From positions 1,664,001 to 1,728,000 of the forward strand of contig CBDCWI010000002.1 in NCBI GenBank assembly GCA_965223325.1: a stretch of DNA of 64,000 nt, given 5' to 3'. The position numbers and the translations under genes were made by a program. This document shows positions 59,322 through 64,000 of the stretch, one piece after another. Origin of the DNA: Candidatus Multivoradales bacterium. GTDB taxonomy: Bacteria > Acidobacteriota > Thermoanaerobaculia > Multivoradales > Multivoraceae. Under the pieces are notes generated by a model. The model saw nothing but the letters and a program-made list of their open reading frames with translations, made no database searches and was not told the origin of the DNA. Position 1 is the stretch's first letter, and every line of letters begins with the position of its first letter.

Positions 59322-61517
59322 TCAGGAATCAGCACCCAATGCCCAGAGCGCAAAGGCAAACTGATCCGCGATGTTCTCGATCTGCATCCAAGTTGGCTTC
59401 CCCGCCCCGTGGCCGGCCCGCGTTTCCACCCGGATCAACACCGGGTTGTCACACCGCTGCGCATGCTGCAGCTCGGCAGCGAACTTGAAACTATGCCAGG
59501 GAACCACCCGATCATCGTGATCAGCCGTGGTCACCAGAGTCGGCGGGAAGCAAGTTCCTGGCTTCACGTTGTGGTACGGCGAGTACGCGTACTGGGCGCG
59601 GAACTCCTCCTCCACCTCGCTCAACCCATAGTCCGTATTCCAGTTGCGCGCATTCGCACTCGGCAGGTGGTAGCGCAGCATGTCGAGCACTCCCACCGCC
59701 GGCAGCGCAGCTCCGAAGAGATCTGGGCGTTGCGTCATCGCCGCGCCCACCAGCAGGCCACCGTTCGAGCCCCCCTGGATCACCAGCTTCTCGGTGCTCG
59801 TGTACCCGTTGGCTATCAACCACTCCGCCGCCGCGATGAAGTCATCGAAAACGTTCTGCTTGCGCTCCTTGGTACCGGCAAGGTGCCATTCCTTGCCGTA
59901 CTCACCGCCACCCCGAAGGTTCGGAATCGCCAACACTCCGCCACGATCGAGCCACACCGCACGCGACACCGAGAAGCCCGGCGTCAGGGAAATGTTGAAA
60001 CCACCGTAGCCGTAAAGCAGCGTGGGGTTCGAACCATCGAGTTCGACACCCTTCGAGTAGGTCAAGAACATCGGAATGCGGGTTCCGTCGGAACTCTCGA
60101 AAAACACCTGCGACGTTTCGAAGCGTTCGCCATCGAGGGCAACCTCAGCGCGACGGAAGAGCTCGCTCTCGCCGCTTGCGACGTCATAACGGTAGATCGT
60201 CGACGGTTCGACGAACGACGAAAAGGTGTAGAACGTCTCGGAAGACCCGATGTCGCCTTCGAAGCCGCCGACGCTACCGATTCCCGGCAGCTCGACCGAA
60301 CGTTCTACCGTGCCATCGGGCGAATGCACGTTGACCAGTGGCAGCACATCGCGCAGGTACTCGGTGACCAGGCGACCGCCAACGAGCGAACTGTCGCGCA
60401 GAGTCTCTTCGCGTTGCGGCACCACATCGCGCCAGGCTGAGCGCGCCGGCTTCTTCGTATCGATCGCCAGGACGCGACCGCGTGGAGCATCCAACGTCGA
60501 CTGGAAGTAGAAGACCGAGCCCAGGTTGCCGAGGAAGTTGTAGAGCGCGTCCCAGTCGTCGAGAAGCTTGACGACTAGCGAATCAGGCCGCGCCAGGTCA
60601 CGGTAGTAGACCGCGTTGGTCAGATAGCCCTCCTGCACCGAGATCACCAGGTAGCGGCCGTCTTCGGTGACCGTGGCGTAGGGATTGCGGCGCTCATGGT
60701 CGGGCTCGTCGTGGACCAGGGTGTCCGCGCTCTGATCGGTTCCGAGACGGTGGAAGTAGACCGCGACCGCCTTCTGGTCGTCGCCCTCGCCGTCTTCGCC
60801 TTCGGGATAGCGGCTGTAGTAGAACCCTTCCCCGTCGCGCGACCAGGAAACGCTGGTGAACTTGGTGAAACCCAGGACTTCGTCGAGGTCCTCACCCTTC
60901 TCGATGTCGATGACATGCCAGCTGTTCCAGTCGGAGCCACCATCGGAACGCGAGTAGGCGGCATGCCTGCCGTCGGGGCTCACTGCTACCCCGGCCAGGG
61001 AGACCGTGCCGTCTTCGCTCCAGCCGTTGGGGTCGAGCAGGACCGTCGGTTCGGCAGCCAGATCGGGTGTGGTCATGAGAACGGAGTGGTTCTGGAGCCC
61101 GTCGTTGTAGGTCCAGAAGTAGCGGCCGCCCTCCTTGGCTGGCTGGCCATAGCGAGGGTGATCCCAGAGCTCAGTCAGGCGTTCGATGAGCGGTGCCCGT
61201 GCCGGCAGCGCTTCGAGCCACGGCTGAGACAGGGCGTTCTGGGCCGCGACCCAGGTTGCCGTCTTCTCACCGTCGAGGTCCTCGAGCCAACGGTAGGCGT
61301 CGGCGACGACGGTTCCGAAGTAGTCGTCGGTCACCTCACCACGCTCGCTCTGAGGGTAGTCCCAGGCGCTCTTGTTGGCGTCGGAGTTCATCGGGCCCCC
61401 ACTGCACGCCACCACAGCCAGGAGCAGAGCGAGCGCCAGCAAGAGAAGGGTGGAAAAAATCTCGCCGCTCTCGCGAGGCGGAGCGGTAACCGGTGCAGGA
61501 ATCAATCGCTGGGTCAT
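59322..61517 (-). CDS. Prolyl oligopeptidase (S9A), probable lipoprotein
   Basis: DAYRWLE, LYGYGGF, NLRGGGEYG, GGSNGG, DHDDRV, AGHG; lipobox-like VVAC; start uncertain. Confidence 0.93.
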   Translation of the reverse strand: MTQRLIPAPVTAPPRESGEIFSTLLLLALALLLAVVACSGGPMNSDANKSAWDYPQSERGEVTDDYFGTVVADAYRWLEDLDGEKTATWVAAQNALSQPWLEALPARAPLIERLTELWDHPRYGQPAKEGGRYFWTYNDGLQNHSVLMTTPDLAAEPTVLLDPNGWSEDGTVSLAGVAVSPDGRHAAYSRSDGGSDWNSWHVIDIEKGEDLDEVLGFTKFTSVSWSRDGEGFYYSRYPEGEDGEGDDQKAVAVYFHRLGTDQSADTLVHDEPDHERRNPYATVTEDGRYLVISVQEGYLTNAVYYRDLARPDSLVVKLLDDWDALYNFLGNLGSVFYFQSTLDAPRGRVLAIDTKKPARSAWRDVVPQREETLRDSSLVGGRLVTEYLRDVLPLVNVHSPDGTVERSVELPGIGSVGGFEGDIGSSETFYTFSSFVEPSTIYRYDVASGESELFRRAEVALDGERFETSQVFFESSDGTRIPMFLTYSKGVELDGSNPTLLYGYGGFNISLTPGFSVSRAVWLDRGGVLAIPNLRGGGEYGKEWHLAGTKERKQNVFDDFIAAAEWLIANGYTSTEKLVIQGGSNGGLLVGAAMTQRPDLFGAALPAVGVLDMLRYHLPSANARNWNTDYGLSEVEEEFRAQYAYSPYHNVKPGTCFPPTLVTTADHDDRVVPWHSFKFAAELQHAQRCDNPVLIRVETRAGHGAGKPTWMQIENIADQFAFALWALGADS

Positions 61518-61607
61518 AGGACCTCCAGAGGGCCTGCGGAACGATACGCTCTAGATACGCTGAAGGCTCTTTCGTCGAGCCCTGAAGCCGCAGAATCGAG
61601 GTTGAGA

Positions 61608-62717
61608 TTGAACGAAGAGTATAGCGACGGACTTCCGGCCCAGACCCAGGAAGACCTGGCGGGGGAAGCGCGTACGCGCTCCTCAACCGAGGTACCGTCA
61701 GGCGCTCCGCCGGCCGACGCCACGCTCGCCCCCAGGCCGGCGCAGGGTTTCTGGCGCAACAGCTGGGGAGCGGTGCGCACACCGTGGCGGCTGGCGATCT
61801 GGATCGGCCTGGCCTTCATTGCCACGGTCGTTGCGGCGTCCCTTCAACGGAGTCTCAACCTCCACAACGGCGAAAGCGAAGCGACCACCGGAGCAGCCTT
61901 CCTGATTCTCGTAGCCTTCATCATTCTCGCCAGCCTCATCCCGATCAAAGTTTTCGACCGCGCCCCTGGAAGCGGAATGGCGCGCCTGGGGCTGGCCATC
62001 GACCGCTACACCGCGCGGGACTGGGCGCTGGGGTTTGCAGTTGGCGGTGGTTTGATCGTCGCGCTCTGGTTGATCGAAGGGGCCATCGACGCCCTCACCT
62101 TCGGGCCCGACGTGGTGTTCGACGGGGTAGCGCTCCTGGCTGCGGCAATGATGTTCTTCTTCGCCGCGCTGTTCGAGGAACTCATCTTTCGTGGCTACCC
62201 GCTGCGGGTGCTCGCCGAAGCTACGGGCCGCTGGCCGGCCATCGCACTCACCTCGCTCGCCTTCGGTTGGGCTCACAACGGCAACCCAGAGGCCTCTCTC
62301 TTGAGCTTCACCAACACCACCCTGGCCGGAGTCCTACTGGCTCTCGCCTGGTGGCGCACCGAGTCGCTCTGGCTTCCCACGGTTCTACACTGGGCGTGGA
62401 ACCTGATGATGGGACCAGTGCTCGGTCTGCCGGTCAGCGGCCTGCCGTTTCCCGCCCGGCTCTTGGATAGCGATCTCACCGCACGCGGCCTCGAGCTGAG
62501 TCTGTGGACCGGCGGCGAGTACGGGCCCGAGGGAGGACTGCTGTTGACCATGCTGGTGATTCCGGCCTGCATCTTGCTCGCGCGAACAGGTCTGTCCGGG
62601 CGTGGACGTAACGTGGAAGTTGCGCGGCTCCAACAACAAGCAGGAGGAGGTGCGCAGCTGGCTCCAGGACGATCTGCAGAGCCGACTCCGACTCCACCGC
62701 TCGACACGATGAGGTGA
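61608..62717 (+). CDS. CPBP (Abi/CAAX) family intramembrane glutamic endopeptidase
   Basis: EELIFRG, FGWAH, HWAWN, TGGEYGPEGG; start approximate. Confidence 0.85.
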   Translation: MNEEYSDGLPAQTQEDLAGEARTRSSTEVPSGAPPADATLAPRPAQGFWRNSWGAVRTPWRLAIWIGLAFIATVVAASLQRSLNLHNGESEATTGAAFLILVAFIILASLIPIKVFDRAPGSGMARLGLAIDRYTARDWALGFAVGGGLIVALWLIEGAIDALTFGPDVVFDGVALLAAAMMFFFAALFEELIFRGYPLRVLAEATGRWPAIALTSLAFGWAHNGNPEASLLSFTNTTLAGVLLALAWWRTESLWLPTVLHWAWNLMMGPVLGLPVSGLPFPARLLDSDLTARGLELSLWTGGEYGPEGGLLLTMLVIPACILLARTGLSGRGRNVEVARLQQQAGGGAQLAPGRSAEPTPTPPLDTMR

Positions 62718-63472
62718 CGGGCACCTGGCTGAAGGACATGACAGAAGCATCGAGAAGCGATTCCTCGCACGAAGGCGTCACCTACCAGCGCACCCTAGCG
62801 TCCATCCCCTTCGACGGCGTTGAGGGTGGCCAGCTCCCGGCCCTCATGATGGCCCCACCAGACCCGCTCGCGGGCTGTCTGCTGGCACACGGCGCCGGCG
62901 CCGGCCACCGGCACCGTTTGATGGAGCGCTCAGCCGTCGTGTTGGCGCGCTGCGGCATCGCGTCACTGCGCTACGACTTTCCCTACATGGCGGAAGGTGG
63001 AAGGCGCCCCGATCGCCCCAAGCGCCTGCACGCCGCAGTGCGTGCCGCCACTCAGCATGCGCGACTGCTCTTCGACGGCATCGCAGAGGGGCTACCAATG
63101 ATCGCCGGCGGGCGCTCGATGGGCGGCCGCATGACATCACAGGCCCAGGCACTCGAACCACTGCCGAGCGTCCGCGGCCTGGTCTTCTTCGCCTTTCCCT
63201 TGCACCCGGTCAAGAAGCCGGGTCGCGAGCGCGCCGAACATCTCCGCACGGTCGACATCCCGATGCTCTTTCTCGCCGGTACACGCGACAAACTCGCGCT
63301 CCCCGAACATCTCCACCCCACCATCGAAGAACTCGGCACCTCAGTCACGCTCTCGGAAGCCGTCGGGGCAGACCACTCCTTCGAGGTGCTCAAACGCTCT
63401 GGACGCACGCCGGAAGACGTCGACCTTGAGCTGGCCGAGGCGATCAAGGCCTGGCTCGGGCAGCTCCTCTAG
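62714..63472 (+). CDS. Alpha/beta hydrolase
   Basis: LAHGAG, GGRSMGGR, FPLHP, GTRD, ADHSF. Confidence 0.85.
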   Translation: MTGTWLKDMTEASRSDSSHEGVTYQRTLASIPFDGVEGGQLPALMMAPPDPLAGCLLAHGAGAGHRHRLMERSAVVLARCGIASLRYDFPYMAEGGRRPDRPKRLHAAVRAATQHARLLFDGIAEGLPMIAGGRSMGGRMTSQAQALEPLPSVRGLVFFAFPLHPVKKPGRERAEHLRTVDIPMLFLAGTRDKLALPEHLHPTIEELGTSVTLSEAVGADHSFEVLKRSGRTPEDVDLELAEAIKAWLGQLL

Positions 63473-63515
63473 GAGGTTCGGCCTCGACGAGGCTGACCCT
63501 TGGGCGATTCGACGC

Positions 63516-64000
63516 CTACGACACATTCGGATCACCGTCAATCCAGAACCGCCACGGGTAGTCCTCTGCCTTCGAGATCCCCACCCGTGGCCCCACCGCC
63601 GGTGAGCGCGGAGGCGGCGTCCCGTCGTCTTTGATCGCGATGCCCTGGTTCATGCGCACCAGGTCAGCTCCGTTGGCCTCACCATCAATCTCGAGCGCCT
63701 GGCAAAGGCGCGCCGGACCGGAGCAGAGAAGCCGATCCGCCAGCGGCCGTCCCGAGCGTTTCTTGCGGCTCCTACGAGTCAGAGAGCGCAAGCGCCGCAT
63801 CGTTTCGACGCCGCGCATCGGCGACAGCGCCCGCACCAGGACGGCGCTTGCCTCTCCCTTCGTGCCGCAGACGGCGTTGCAACACCAGTGCATGCCGTAA
63901 GTGAAGTAGACGTAGAGGTGGCCGCCAGGCCCGAACATCACCTGGGTTCTCGGGGTCTGGCCGCGAAAGGCGTGGCTGGCCGGGTCGTTGGCACCATCGT
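63516..64000 (-). CDS. DNA-3-methyladenine glycosylase (MPG family), 5' end outside the window
   Basis: DPASHAFRG, LYVYFTYGMHWCCN, AVLVRAL, GPARLCQAL, PRVGIS, PWRF. Confidence 0.9.
   Translation of the reverse strand, partial: DGANDPASHAFRGQTPRTQVMFGPGGHLYVYFTYGMHWCCNAVCGTKGEASAVLVRALSPMRGVETMRRLRSLTRRSRKKRSGRPLADRLLCSGPARLCQALEIDGEANGADLVRMNQGIAIKDDGTPPPRSPAVGPRVGISKAEDYPWRFWIDGDPNVS

Noticed and set aside
60696-61607. N-terminal 300 aa of the 673-aa ORF
   Set aside because: Antisense shadow of the prolyl oligopeptidase; CPBP homology begins only after about 61600

Overview
High-GC bacterial chromosomal window, probably Acidobacteriota (inferred from gene families such as TPR-bearing Ser/Thr kinases, an ADOP-type permease remnant and secreted proteins ending in a DGFE-like motif). 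It has about 45 mostly housekeeping or accessory CDSs covering DNA repair (Fpg/Nei, TatD, MPG, an MrfA/Hrq helicase-exonuclease fusion), metabolism (pruA, pheA, lhgO, acyl-CoA ligase, sulfatase operon), peptidases and signalling. No rRNA, tRNA or CRISPR array was seen. The best candidate for a new system is the minus-strand cluster at 6494-12014: an Npt/TLC-type nucleotide transporter with HEAT repeats, a cNMP-binding protein, and a signal-peptide-bearing phosphatase fused to a PI3/4K-like kinase domain, which suggests ATP-fuelled extracytoplasmic phosphorylation. A complete group II intron (51334-53243, non-canonical 5' end, EBS1-IBS1 match visible) sits inside the first of three ~200-bp structured tandem repeats whose other two copies carry empty target sites. 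Also present are a dispersed 11-mer repeat element, a duplicated lhgO 3' end with mostly synonymous changes, a long inverted repeat and a Tat-less reductive dehalogenase-like protein. All product calls come from motif recognition by eye; no database search was run.
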